A stretch of 64,000 bases of DNA from Candidatus Aminicenantes bacterium. GTDB taxonomy: Bacteria > Acidobacteriota > Aminicenantia > UBA2199. Position numbers and translations under genes: made by a program. Positions 53,435 to 62,116 of the stretch are shown piece by piece (the first letter of the stretch is position 1; each line of letters begins with the position of its first letter). Location: contig JADFDP010000003.1 of the NCBI GenBank assembly GCA_018262835.1, forward strand, positions 4,157 to 68,156, in the 5' to 3' direction. The notes under the pieces are model-generated. The model was not told where the DNA came from. It searched no databases and worked only from the letters and a program-made list of their open reading frames with translations.

Positions 53435-54056
53435 TCCATTTTATTTTCAGGATCAAAGTCAATTTGTAAATGAATATGTCGCTGACCCTGACACGGCAGG
53501 CATCCTCTCGGCATATATCGAACCAGAACAAACTGAGCTTTTCCAAAATCCGGCAGAGCGTGATGATGGCAGCGGGACCTTGATCCGGGCAGGCGGCCAG
53601 CGCTTCGCTCAATTCCTTGTGCAAGTCGGCGATGCGGCCTTCATAATACCAGAAGTTACCGGTTCTCAGGATCCCCAACTGGCTGGTTTCGCGCAAAATC
53701 GCTTTCTTGACATCTTTTTCCCGCAACAGATCCAGTTGAAAGCTGACGAATTCGCGCAATTGCTTTTCCGGCGTGATCAGTTCAGGGGACATTTTTTCGC
53801 AAACGGGAGCTTTTTCCGTGAACATGAGCAGGTATTGCAGAAGGCGGCCGGTATTTTCCTCCCGTTCTTTGTTGCGGAAGAAATGCTTGAGCTGGGCGGG
53901 AGAGATTGGCGTGGTTGCGTGCCAGGTCGCCGTCTCGTTTTGGTTGCGCGCCGAATTGTCAATATGGCTCCGGATGCTTTCCTTTAAAATCTCCACTTTC
54001 TTAGAGTCGAGGCAATCTTCCTTGGCGATGATCTCGGAAATTTTCATGTTTTGCAT
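53421..54056 (-). CDS. Hypothetical protein
   Basis: 211 aa with no recognisable motif. Lower GC than neighbours. Overlaps the downstream GNAT start by 14 nt. Confidence 0.55.
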   Translation of the reverse strand: MQNMKISEIIAKEDCLDSKKVEILKESIRSHIDNSARNQNETATWHATTPISPAQLKHFFRNKEREENTGRLLQYLLMFTEKAPVCEKMSPELITPEKQLREFVSFQLDLLREKDVKKAILRETSQLGILRTGNFWYYEGRIADLHKELSEALAACPDQGPAAIITLCRILEKLSLFWFDICREDACRVRVSDIFIYKLTLILKIKWNGYE

Positions 54057-54304
54057 TTATCCCGATCGGCGCGGCTGGCACGGCACGAACGCGAGATCGA
54101 ATGGTTGCGATTTTATAGCACAAAGCTTCCAATAATTCAAGGGACCCGAGGTCGTGAGCCACAGCGATTCTATGGTAGGGGGCACGGCGCCATTCCGGGA
54201 TACGTGCCATGTCCTTTCGGTCGACGCGCAATCAAGAGGAATGATTGTTTTTAGTTGGGACTTCTGGTAACATTTTCGTTTGTCGAATGCGGCGGGCGTG
54301 TACC

Positions 54305-55450
54305 ATGAGCGACGAAAAAAAAAGATTCTACTTCATTGACCAGTTCAGGGGCTGGGCCGTGTTGTTCATGGTCGAGACGCACGTGGTCAACGCCTTCCTG
54401 CTGCCCGGGTTGCACTCTTCCCTGGCATACAAGGGCCTCGATTTCTTCAATGGCCTGATCGCGCCAGCCTTTGTGTTCATCGCCGGTTTTTCTTTCGCCA
54501 TCGTGGCCGAGCGCAAGTGGGACGATTTCCTGCGACCCGGCACGGTCTTCTGGAAGCAATTCATGCGCTGCCTGCAAATCCTGCTGATCGGCTACCTGCT
54601 CCACGTCCCCCGCTTTTCCCTGCGCTGGCTGTTTCATACTTTAAAATGGAATGAAAAGCATATTTTCTGGGGAGTTGACGTGCTGCACGCCATCGCCGTC
54701 TCCCTGCTCCTTTTGTTGCTGTTTATCCCGCTCTGGCGGCGCAAGGAACGCTATTTCGTGTTCCTGGCCGCGACTGGCCTGACCGTCTCGCTGCTGACGC
54801 CGCTGTTGTTCGCGCTGCCGGTCGAAAAGGTCTTGCCCTGGGCATTCTCCGGCTACCTGAAGCGCCTGCCTTATTCGCAATTCCCCCTGTTTCCCTGGCT
54901 GGGCTATGCTTTCATGGGAGCGGCCGTGTCGCGGCTCTGGCAGGAGGCGCGGAAGCAGGCGGGCGAAGAACGTTTCTTCCGCCTGCTTTTCGGCGCCGGG
55001 GCTTCCCTGGTGGCGGTCTTTCTGATCATCATCCTGCAGCCATTCACCACCGTGGTCCTTGGCACGTTCAACCCGGCCAAGCCGCTGTTCTTTTTCCTGA
55101 AACTGGGGCTGGTGATGATGCTCCTCTCGTTGCTCTGGCATTGGGAACAGAAAAAAGGGAACCGCCCGGCTCCGGTGACCGCGGTCGGGCAAGAGTCGCT
55201 GCCGGCCTACGCCTTCCACATAGCGGTCATCTACGGCGGCTTTTCCGGCCCTTATGGACACAGCCTGGCTTACCTGATCGGCCCGAACCGTTCCTGGGTC
55301 GAGGTCGGGCTGATGGCACTGGCCCTGATCCTGGTCACGGCCGCGCTGTCGCTCGGCTGGCATTGGCTTAAGAAGAACCGGCCCAAGTTCGCCAAGCGGG
55401 TATTTTGGTGTGGTGTAATTACAATGTTACTATTTATGGTCTTTCGATAA
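54305..55450 (+). CDS. DUF1624 / heparan-alpha-glucosaminide N-acetyltransferase-like membrane protein
   Basis: Start at MSDEKKRFYFIDQFRGWAVLFMVETH, the typical N-terminal motif. About 10 transmembrane segments. Confidence 0.8.
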   Translation: MSDEKKRFYFIDQFRGWAVLFMVETHVVNAFLLPGLHSSLAYKGLDFFNGLIAPAFVFIAGFSFAIVAERKWDDFLRPGTVFWKQFMRCLQILLIGYLLHVPRFSLRWLFHTLKWNEKHIFWGVDVLHAIAVSLLLLLLFIPLWRRKERYFVFLAATGLTVSLLTPLLFALPVEKVLPWAFSGYLKRLPYSQFPLFPWLGYAFMGAAVSRLWQEARKQAGEERFFRLLFGAGASLVAVFLIIILQPFTTVVLGTFNPAKPLFFFLKLGLVMMLLSLLWHWEQKKGNRPAPVTAVGQESLPAYAFHIAVIYGGFSGPYGHSLAYLIGPNRSWVEVGLMALALILVTAALSLGWHWLKKNRPKFAKRVFWCGVITMLLFMVFR

Positions 55451-55474
55451 TGAGAGAATCGAGATCGGTTCTAA

Positions 55475-55571
55475 GTGACAAGTGACGAGTGATGAGGGAA
55501 GAAAAACCGCATTCGTTCGAAACATTGCTGTTCCTTGTCACTTGTTACTGATCACTTGTTACTATAGTTCG
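55475..55571. repeat. Heptad-periodic hairpin element G (paralogue of F) between convergent genes
   Basis: GTGACAA GTGACGA GTGATGA GGG, then AAGAAAAACCGCATTCGTTCG, then TTGTCAC TTGTTAC TGATCAC TTGTTAC, then TATAGTTCG. Confidence 0.7.
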
Positions 55572-55572
55572 T

Positions 55573-57069
55573 TTATTTCTTGGGCACCCAGAAAAGCAAT
55601 AACATGCCCGGCAGGGCGATCAGGAAACTGATGCCGAACATGCCGCTGTAGCCCAGCCAGGAGGCGATGAAGCCGCTGGACACGCCGGCCACGATCCCGC
55701 CCAGGCTCATCAGCCCCGAGCCGATGGCGAAGTGGGCGGCCTTGAACTCCATCTTGCAGATGCGCATCAGGAAGGTGGTCAGCACGGCCGTGCCCAGGCC
55801 GCCGGCGAACTGCTCGAAGAGGGAGACGCCGGCAAATAGTGCCAGGTTGTTCGCCCCCATGAAGACCGGATGCTCGGCGCCGGTGTTCAGGACGAGGTAG
55901 CGGCCCAACCCCTTCGCCAGCAGCATGTAAGCGACGTTGGTCAGGTTCTGCGCCAGCAGGAACGGCCAGATCACCCGCTTGAGGCCGAGGCGCGAGATCA
56001 TCCATCCGCCGATCAGGGCGCCGGCGATGGAGGCGGGCAGGCCGATGCCGCCGGCGATCCAGCCGTAATGCTGCTTGATGCCCAGGTCGACGGCGAACGC
56101 CGAGGCCATGGAGCTGACCATGAACTCGCCGCTGCGCACCAGGATGATGAAGGCCATGACCAGGCCGATCTTCTCCTGGTCCATGAACGTGAGAAAAGCG
56201 CGGCCGTAGAACGATTCCGGGTTCCGCGTCAGCAGGGCGGCGAGCCGCTTGCGCAAGGCGGCCAAAAGCGCCAGCGCCAGAAGCAGCCCCAGGCCGATGG
56301 CCCGGGCGAAGTTCAGCTCCTTGAGCACCGGGAGCGCTTCTTCCCAGCCATGATACAGGGAGGAATTAAAAAAGAAATGGAGACCGGCGATCAGGGCCGC
56401 GGCCAGGCCGATGGTCAGCAGGATACGCGAACGGGTGAAGAGCTTGAGCATATTCCGGAACGGGCGGCGCTCCGTTTCGCACTCGGGGAGGAAGAAATAG
56501 TGATAGGCGGCCAGCAGCCCCAGCAGCAGGCCGGCGCAAAGGAAAGCCGCCATCCAGGAAAAGGCCGTGCCGATGGTCACGATCACGCCGGTGCCGGTGA
56601 GCATGGCCACGCGGTAGGCCATGACGCGGTAACCGAGGAATTTTGTTTGCTCCGTCTTGTCCAGCGCGGCCAGGTAGTAGCCGTCGATGGCGATGTCATG
56701 GGTGGCGGCAACAAAGGCGCCGGCGAAGAAAAGGATGGCGATGAGCCGCGGGGCCGCGGGCAATGGGACCAGGAACGCCGCGGCGCCGATCAGCACGGCC
56801 AGGGTGGCCTGCATGGCCAGCAGCCAGCGGCGCTTGGTGGCGAACTCGTCGACCAGCGGCCCCCAGAAAAATTTCAGGATCCAGGGCAAGCCGAAAAATG
56901 TGGTCAGGCCGACCGCTTCCAGGCTGACGCCGCGGTCGCGGAAGAAGACCGTGGAGACGGAGCGGATGATGGAGTAAGGGAACCCCTCGGCGAAATAGGT
57001 GCTGAAGCACCAGAGGTGGGGTTTTTTCAGGAGGTCCGGCAGCTGTTTTTCGGCCATGGTGCTGTTCAT
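55573..57069 (-). CDS. AmpG-family MFS transporter (muropeptide permease-like)
   Basis: FAEGFPYSIIRSVSTVFFRDRGVSLEAVGLTTFFGLPWILKFFWGPLVD is an AmpG-like signature. Start is ATG 57069 or 57057. Confidence 0.8.
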   Translation of the reverse strand: MNSTMAEKQLPDLLKKPHLWCFSTYFAEGFPYSIIRSVSTVFFRDRGVSLEAVGLTTFFGLPWILKFFWGPLVDEFATKRRWLLAMQATLAVLIGAAAFLVPLPAAPRLIAILFFAGAFVAATHDIAIDGYYLAALDKTEQTKFLGYRVMAYRVAMLTGTGVIVTIGTAFSWMAAFLCAGLLLGLLAAYHYFFLPECETERRPFRNMLKLFTRSRILLTIGLAAALIAGLHFFFNSSLYHGWEEALPVLKELNFARAIGLGLLLALALLAALRKRLAALLTRNPESFYGRAFLTFMDQEKIGLVMAFIILVRSGEFMVSSMASAFAVDLGIKQHYGWIAGGIGLPASIAGALIGGWMISRLGLKRVIWPFLLAQNLTNVAYMLLAKGLGRYLVLNTGAEHPVFMGANNLALFAGVSLFEQFAGGLGTAVLTTFLMRICKMEFKAAHFAIGSGLMSLGGIVAGVSSGFIASWLGYSGMFGISFLIALPGMLLLFWVPKK

Positions 57070-57305
57070 CTTATTATATGAGGGGGAGAAATGCAATTCT
57101 CATAGCGTGGCCTCTTTTGCCCTTCAGCAGCTGGGGCGCTTCCGACTATCCCCTGAAGCGGCGTACGCAGCCCATTTTAGAGAAAAATGGGCGGAGTCGC
57201 TTCCCGTCCGGAATGCGGACGGGATTTAGCTGAAGGGGATGTCGGAAAAAGCCCCACAGTTTTCCTTTTTAGGATATCCTGCTGAAAAAGCGAGGTGATG
57301 TCGGG

Positions 57306-58658
57306 TCAAGGGGCGAGCGCGATGCTCATGAATGGCCCGCGATCACCGTCTTCCACGGCGAAGGGGGCGGCCAGCGGCGAGCCGCGGACCCAGACGATCC
57401 TGCCGTCGCCGTTCTCCAGCAGCGGGCGCAAATGGCGCAGGGGGGCCGGCATCCCGGAACTGCGGATCATTTCAAGGACGCTCTGCTTGTAGGGCGAATG
57501 GATCTTGCGGTACTTGTCCGCCGGCCGCGCCGGCCGCAGGCGCAGGGGGAAACGCAGGCTCTTTTCCGCGACCAGGATCTCGAGATTGTCTTTGGGCATG
57601 CGGAAGCGGGCGACCCTTTTGACCGAGAGGATACTGCCGATCTCGGGGATGGGCCAGCGTCCCGGGCCGGGGATCTCCAGCCGGTAGTCGTCGATCCTGA
57701 TCTTCTCAGGAAAGATCCAGCCCTTGGAGAACTTGAGGTTCAGCCCCGGCAAGGAGAGGCCGCGCCCGCTTTCCAGGCTTTGCAGGAAATCGGCGATATG
57801 TTCGAAGCCCACGCCCAGCAGGTCGCCCTTGAGCAGGCGCAGGTATTCGCGGGCCAGGTGCCGCGCCAGCGCCGGGTGCAGGCCCTCAAAGGCCCTTGTC
57901 TGCAGGATCGCGCCCAGTTGCAGGCGGGCTTGCAGGATCTCCCGCGTCAGGCCCTGGAAATAATCGAATTCGTCCTGGATGAGCAGCACGGTCTTGAATA
58001 TCCTGTCCTCGACCTCAGGCTCGATCTTCTTGACCGCCGGCATCAGGGTGTGGCGGATGCGGTTGCGCAGGAAGTCCAGCTGCAGGTTGGTCGGGTCCTG
58101 GTAGTATTCCAGGCGGTTGCGCTTCAGGAAAGCCAGGATCTCCGCTTCGGAAAAGACCAGCAGCGGGCGGATGATCTTCTTCTCCTTGTTCTGGAAGATG
58201 GCAGAGAGACCCTGCAGGCCGCTGCCGCGAAAGAGCTTGATAAAGAAGGTCTCGCCCAGATCGGAGCGGTTGTGGGCGGTGGCGATGCGCGCTCCGGGAA
58301 TTTTTCCCGCCAGGGTACTGAAAAAGTCGTAGCGCGAGAGCGAGGCGGCGTGCTCCAGGTTCAGGCGGTTTTCTTCCTTGAAGCGCCGCAGGTCGCGGCT
58401 GCCGGTTCGCAATTCAATGCCGCGGGCCGCGCAAAAGGAGCTAACCCAATGCTCCTCTTCCCGGGCATCGGGGCGCAGGCGATGGTTGAAATAGGCGGCG
58501 ACCAGGCGGAAGGACAAGTACTTTTGCAGCTCCTGCAGCAGCACCGCCATGGCCACCGAATCCTTGCCGCCGGAAAAGCCCAGGATGACCGTGTCGCCGG
58601 CGCGGACGAGTTCATGGTCCTGGATGTTTTTTTTGAATTCCGGAAACAGGATTTTCAT
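57306..58658 (-). CDS. tilS: tRNA(Ile)-lysidine synthetase
   Basis: 450 aa. PP-loop GFSGGKDSVAM. Confidence 0.92.
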   Translation of the reverse strand: MKILFPEFKKNIQDHELVRAGDTVILGFSGGKDSVAMAVLLQELQKYLSFRLVAAYFNHRLRPDAREEEHWVSSFCAARGIELRTGSRDLRRFKEENRLNLEHAASLSRYDFFSTLAGKIPGARIATAHNRSDLGETFFIKLFRGSGLQGLSAIFQNKEKKIIRPLLVFSEAEILAFLKRNRLEYYQDPTNLQLDFLRNRIRHTLMPAVKKIEPEVEDRIFKTVLLIQDEFDYFQGLTREILQARLQLGAILQTRAFEGLHPALARHLAREYLRLLKGDLLGVGFEHIADFLQSLESGRGLSLPGLNLKFSKGWIFPEKIRIDDYRLEIPGPGRWPIPEIGSILSVKRVARFRMPKDNLEILVAEKSLRFPLRLRPARPADKYRKIHSPYKQSVLEMIRSSGMPAPLRHLRPLLENGDGRIVWVRGSPLAAPFAVEDGDRGPFMSIALAP

Positions 58659-58707
58659 AGTGTTCGCGCCGTTGGCCGGATTTCTCCGCCCCGGGAAAAA
58701 TTGAAAA

Positions 58708-58780
58708 TAGCGGCGGAGGGAATTGAACCCCCGACATAACGGATATGAGCCGTCTGCTCTACCGACTGAGCTACGCCGCC
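58708..58780 (-). tRNA. Elongator-type tRNA with CAT anticodon (tRNA-Met or lysidine-dependent tRNA-Ile2)
   Basis: GGCGGCGTAGCTCAGTCGGTAGAGCAGACGGCTCATATCCGTTATGTCGGGGGTTCAATTCCCTCCGCCGCTA folds as a cloverleaf with stems of 7/4/5/5 bp. It has the GTTCAAT T-loop, A73 and C11:G24. There are no three consecutive G:C pairs in the anticodon stem, so it is not an initiator. CCA is not encoded. Confidence 0.9.
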
Positions 58781-58791
58781 CTTAGCGGCCT

Positions 58792-58820
58792 ATTATACTT
58801 GAAAAAAGCCCGCAGTGCAA
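58792..58820 (-). promoter_or_regulatory. Sigma-70-like promoter of the tRNA(CAT)-tilS unit
   Basis: Minus strand: TTGCAC, 17-nt spacer, TATAAT. The -10 element ends 11 nt before the mature tRNA 5' end. Confidence 0.6.
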
Positions 58821-58877
58821 CTGGGAAAAGTTCGCCGTGCGCGGGGTGCTGACGGGCGGATCGCTTGTTGGCTCGAA

Positions 58878-60245
58878 CTAAAAGCGCTTGCCGGCGCCGC
58901 CGCCGCCCGAGCGGCCGCCGCCGAACGAGCCCGATGAGGAGCGCGAGGAACCGCCCGGCGAAGAGCTGGGAGAAGAGAGGCGGGGCGTTCCGTGCTCCCG
59001 AGCCTTGCTGTAATTGCACTTGGGATTGAGGCAGCTCTCTGTGACGCGCTCCCGGCCGCCTTGCTCTTTCGTGGCCGCCGCCAGCGTCGTGGTGCTGGAG
59101 GTGAGCGAGCGGCGCTTGCATTGCGGGCACTTGGAGGCTTTGCCCAGCTTGACCGCCAGCTTTTCGTCGGCGCCGCACTTCGGGCAGTGCCAGAACTCGT
59201 AGTCCATGCCGCCCGCCTTTTCCTCGGCCTTCTCCTCGACGGAGAGGCTTTGGTCGTCCCGGCTGTCGTCGATCATCTCCATGGGCGCTTCGCACTTGGC
59301 GCAGGGGAGGCGGTAAGTCGCCAGGCGCCGCTTGAGCATCTTGCCGGTGAACAGCTGGAAGGCCGTGGCCAGCCCGGGCGCGCCCAGCATGGCGATCAAG
59401 GGCTGCAGAAAACTCTTGCCGAAGCCGAGGACGAAGAAAAAGCCGATCACGCCGGCGATCCAGACCAGGATGGTCGGCACGACGCCGCTGCCGATGGCCT
59501 TGGCACGGGCGGCCTTGCCCCGGGCCTTGTTGAAGCGCTGCGTGGTCCAGGCCAGCCCCAGGCCCGAAAGGGCCAGCAGGCCGGCAGCCAGATAAACGGA
59601 GGAAAGGAACGGGTCCCAGCCCGGCTTTTTTTTCGGCAGTGGCGGGGCCAGGGGGGCCGGGGGCATGACCTGGTCGGGCCAGGGCGCAGGCTCGGCGACG
59701 TCCAGCGCCACGCCCTGGTCGGCGGCGGCCGCGCGGGCGATCTCGCGGGCGGCTAGAAAGAGGCCGCGGCCGAAGAGCCCCTGGCGCAGGTAAGGCAGGC
59801 CGCTGTTTTCAAGCAGACCGGAGGCCCGGACGTCGGGGATGACGCTCTCCAGCCCGTAGCCGACCTCGAGGCGAACCGTGCGGTCGTCGCGCGAGCAGAG
59901 GAGAAGCAGGCCGTTGTCCTTGCCGGCGGCGCCGATGGCGAAGCGGCGAAACAGCTTCTCGGCGAACTCCTCGATCTCCAGCCCGCCCAGGTCGCCGACG
60001 GTGATCACCGCCAGCTCGATGGTCGTCTTCGCCTGGAGCTCGCGGCATATATTATCGATCAACTTGACGTAATCCGGCCCCAGCACGCCGCCGCCGTCGG
60101 TGACGAATCCGACTCCGGCGCGGCGCGGGTTGATGACCTCCTCGACTTTTTCCGCCCGCAGCGGCGGCAGTAGAAAGAGCGTCCCCAAAAGCAGAGCGAA
60201 CCGCATGATCTTCTTGATCCGCGGCGTATCACTTTGGCTGTGCAT
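58878..60245 (-). CDS. TPM-domain (YgcG-like) membrane protein with cytoplasmic zinc-ribbon region and Gly/Ser-rich tail
   Basis: ATG 60245 lies 5 nt after AAGGAG. Signal peptide. TPM motif ELAVITVGDLGG..LLLLCSRDDRTVRLEVGYGLE. Two transmembrane segments. CAKCEAP...CPKCG...CPQC...NPKC. Tail GGGRSGGGGAGKRF. Confidence 0.8.
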   Translation of the reverse strand: MHSQSDTPRIKKIMRFALLLGTLFLLPPLRAEKVEEVINPRRAGVGFVTDGGGVLGPDYVKLIDNICRELQAKTTIELAVITVGDLGGLEIEEFAEKLFRRFAIGAAGKDNGLLLLCSRDDRTVRLEVGYGLESVIPDVRASGLLENSGLPYLRQGLFGRGLFLAAREIARAAAADQGVALDVAEPAPWPDQVMPPAPLAPPLPKKKPGWDPFLSSVYLAAGLLALSGLGLAWTTQRFNKARGKAARAKAIGSGVVPTILVWIAGVIGFFFVLGFGKSFLQPLIAMLGAPGLATAFQLFTGKMLKRRLATYRLPCAKCEAPMEMIDDSRDDQSLSVEEKAEEKAGGMDYEFWHCPKCGADEKLAVKLGKASKCPQCKRRSLTSSTTTLAAATKEQGGRERVTESCLNPKCNYSKAREHGTPRLSSPSSSPGGSSRSSSGSFGGGRSGGGGAGKRF

Positions 60246-60372
60246 GGTGTCTCCTTGTGTCAATTTTTCCGGCATGCTTCCTGTCCGGGAACGATTGTAC
60301 AGAAAAACAACCTTTGTTGCAAAAACGCCGTCATGATCCTATAATCTTTGTTTGGAAAATTCAGGAGGAACT

Positions 60373-62082
60373 ATGAACTTTCAAACCAAGATCATTTTGG
60401 CATTGATAGGAGCGGCCCTGTTGGCCCTGGCCGTTTGGGCTGCGGCCGAAAAGCCCGCTGCCGAGGGCGACGAGGCCGCTTTCCGGGAATTTCTAAAAGC
60501 CTACGAGGCCAGGGTCATACCGCTGAGCCGGGACGCCGCTTTGGCCGGCTTCCAGGCCTCGATCAGCGGCAAGGACGAGGATTATCAGCGATCTTCCGCT
60601 CTGCAGATTCAACTGAACAAAGCCAGCGCCGATGCGCAGGAATTCGCCCGCTTGCAAAGTTTCCGGCAGAACGGGCGGATCCGCGAGCCGCTTCTTAAAC
60701 GTCAGTTGGATATCGTGTATGACAGTTATTTGGAAAACCAGATCCCCGCCGCGCAAATGGAAGAGATGGTCAAGCTGCAGGCGCAGATCGAGCAGAAGTT
60801 CAACACCTTCCGCATCAAGCTGGACGACCAGGTATTGAGCGACAACGAAGCCGAAGCCATCCTGCGCACCGCGACCGATTCCGCCCAGCTGGAAAAAGTC
60901 TGGAAGTCCAGCAAGGAGATCGGCCGCCTGGTCGCCCCCGACATCCTGAAGCTGGTGCACTTGCGCAACGCCGCCGCCCGGCAGCTGGGATTCACCAATT
61001 TCCAGCAGATGCAGCTGCGGCTGGGCGAACAGGACCCGAAGCAGATCGAAGCCCTCTTCGATGAATTGGACGAATTGACGCGCGGCGGCTTTGCCGGCCT
61101 GAAAAACGATATCGACGTCTTCCTGGCGGCGCACTGCGGCATCACCCAGGAGCAGCTGCAGCCCTGGCACTATCAGAACCGTTTCTTCCAGGAAGCGCCG
61201 GTCATCTACCCCGTGGACCTCGATTCCTATTACAAGGACAAGGACCTGGTGTCCCTGGCCAGAACCTACTACGACGGCATCGGCCTGAACATCGACGACA
61301 TCATCAAACGCAGCGACCTGTTCGAAAAGCCGGGCAAGTACCAGCATGCCTTTTCCACTGACATCGACCGTGCCGGCGACGTGCGCGTTCTGTGCAGCAT
61401 CAAACCCGATTCCTACTGGATGAACACGCTGCTGCACGAGTTCGGCCACTCGGTCTACTCCAAGTTCAACGACCGCTCGCTGCCCTGGATGCTGCGCGAC
61501 GCCGCCCACGCTTTTACCACTGAGGCCATCGCCAACCTCTTCGGACGCTTCGCTTCATCGCCGTCCTGGCTGCAGGCCATGGCCGGCGTCAGCGCCGCCG
61601 AGACCCAAGGCATCACCGAGGCCGGCCGCAAATCCCTGCGCCTGCAGCAGATGGTTTTCAGCCGCTGGGCCCAGGTGATGTTCCGCTTCGAAAAAAGCAT
61701 GTACGAAAATCCCGGCCAGGACCTGAATCGCCGCTGGTGGGAACTCGCGGAAAAATACCAGCTGCTGAAGATGCCCGCCGGACGCAACGAGCCCGACTGG
61801 GCCGCCAAGATCCACATCGCCCTCTACCCCTGCTATTACCACAACTACCTGCTGGGCGAACTGCTCGCTTCCCAACTTTATTATCATATCGCCGGCCAGA
61901 TCCTGAAAAGCCCCGACCTGGAAAACCAGTGCTTCGTCAACCGGCCTGAAGCCGGTCGCTACCTGATCGAGCAGGTGTTCAAGCCCGGCATGCGCTGGCC
62001 CTGGGCCGAAATGATCGAGCGCGCCTGCGGCGAAAAGCTGACCGCCAAGTATTATGCCAGGCAGTTCGTGGGAGTGAAATAA
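60373..62082 (+). CDS. Secreted M2 (ACE-like) family zinc metallopeptidase
   Basis: ATG lies 5 nt after AGGAGG. Signal peptide. LHEFGHSVY...LPWMLRDAAHAFTTEAIANLFG parallels HHEMGH...LP..LR......HEAIGD of peptidyl-dipeptidase A. This comparison is from memory. Confidence 0.65.
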   Translation: MNFQTKIILALIGAALLALAVWAAAEKPAAEGDEAAFREFLKAYEARVIPLSRDAALAGFQASISGKDEDYQRSSALQIQLNKASADAQEFARLQSFRQNGRIREPLLKRQLDIVYDSYLENQIPAAQMEEMVKLQAQIEQKFNTFRIKLDDQVLSDNEAEAILRTATDSAQLEKVWKSSKEIGRLVAPDILKLVHLRNAAARQLGFTNFQQMQLRLGEQDPKQIEALFDELDELTRGGFAGLKNDIDVFLAAHCGITQEQLQPWHYQNRFFQEAPVIYPVDLDSYYKDKDLVSLARTYYDGIGLNIDDIIKRSDLFEKPGKYQHAFSTDIDRAGDVRVLCSIKPDSYWMNTLLHEFGHSVYSKFNDRSLPWMLRDAAHAFTTEAIANLFGRFASSPSWLQAMAGVSAAETQGITEAGRKSLRLQQMVFSRWAQVMFRFEKSMYENPGQDLNRRWWELAEKYQLLKMPAGRNEPDWAAKIHIALYPCYYHNYLLGELLASQLYYHIAGQILKSPDLENQCFVNRPEAGRYLIEQVFKPGMRWPWAEMIERACGEKLTAKYYARQFVGVK

Positions 62083-62116
62083 GAGAACCTGTGACGTTGC
62101 AGCGAAAGAGAAGGAA

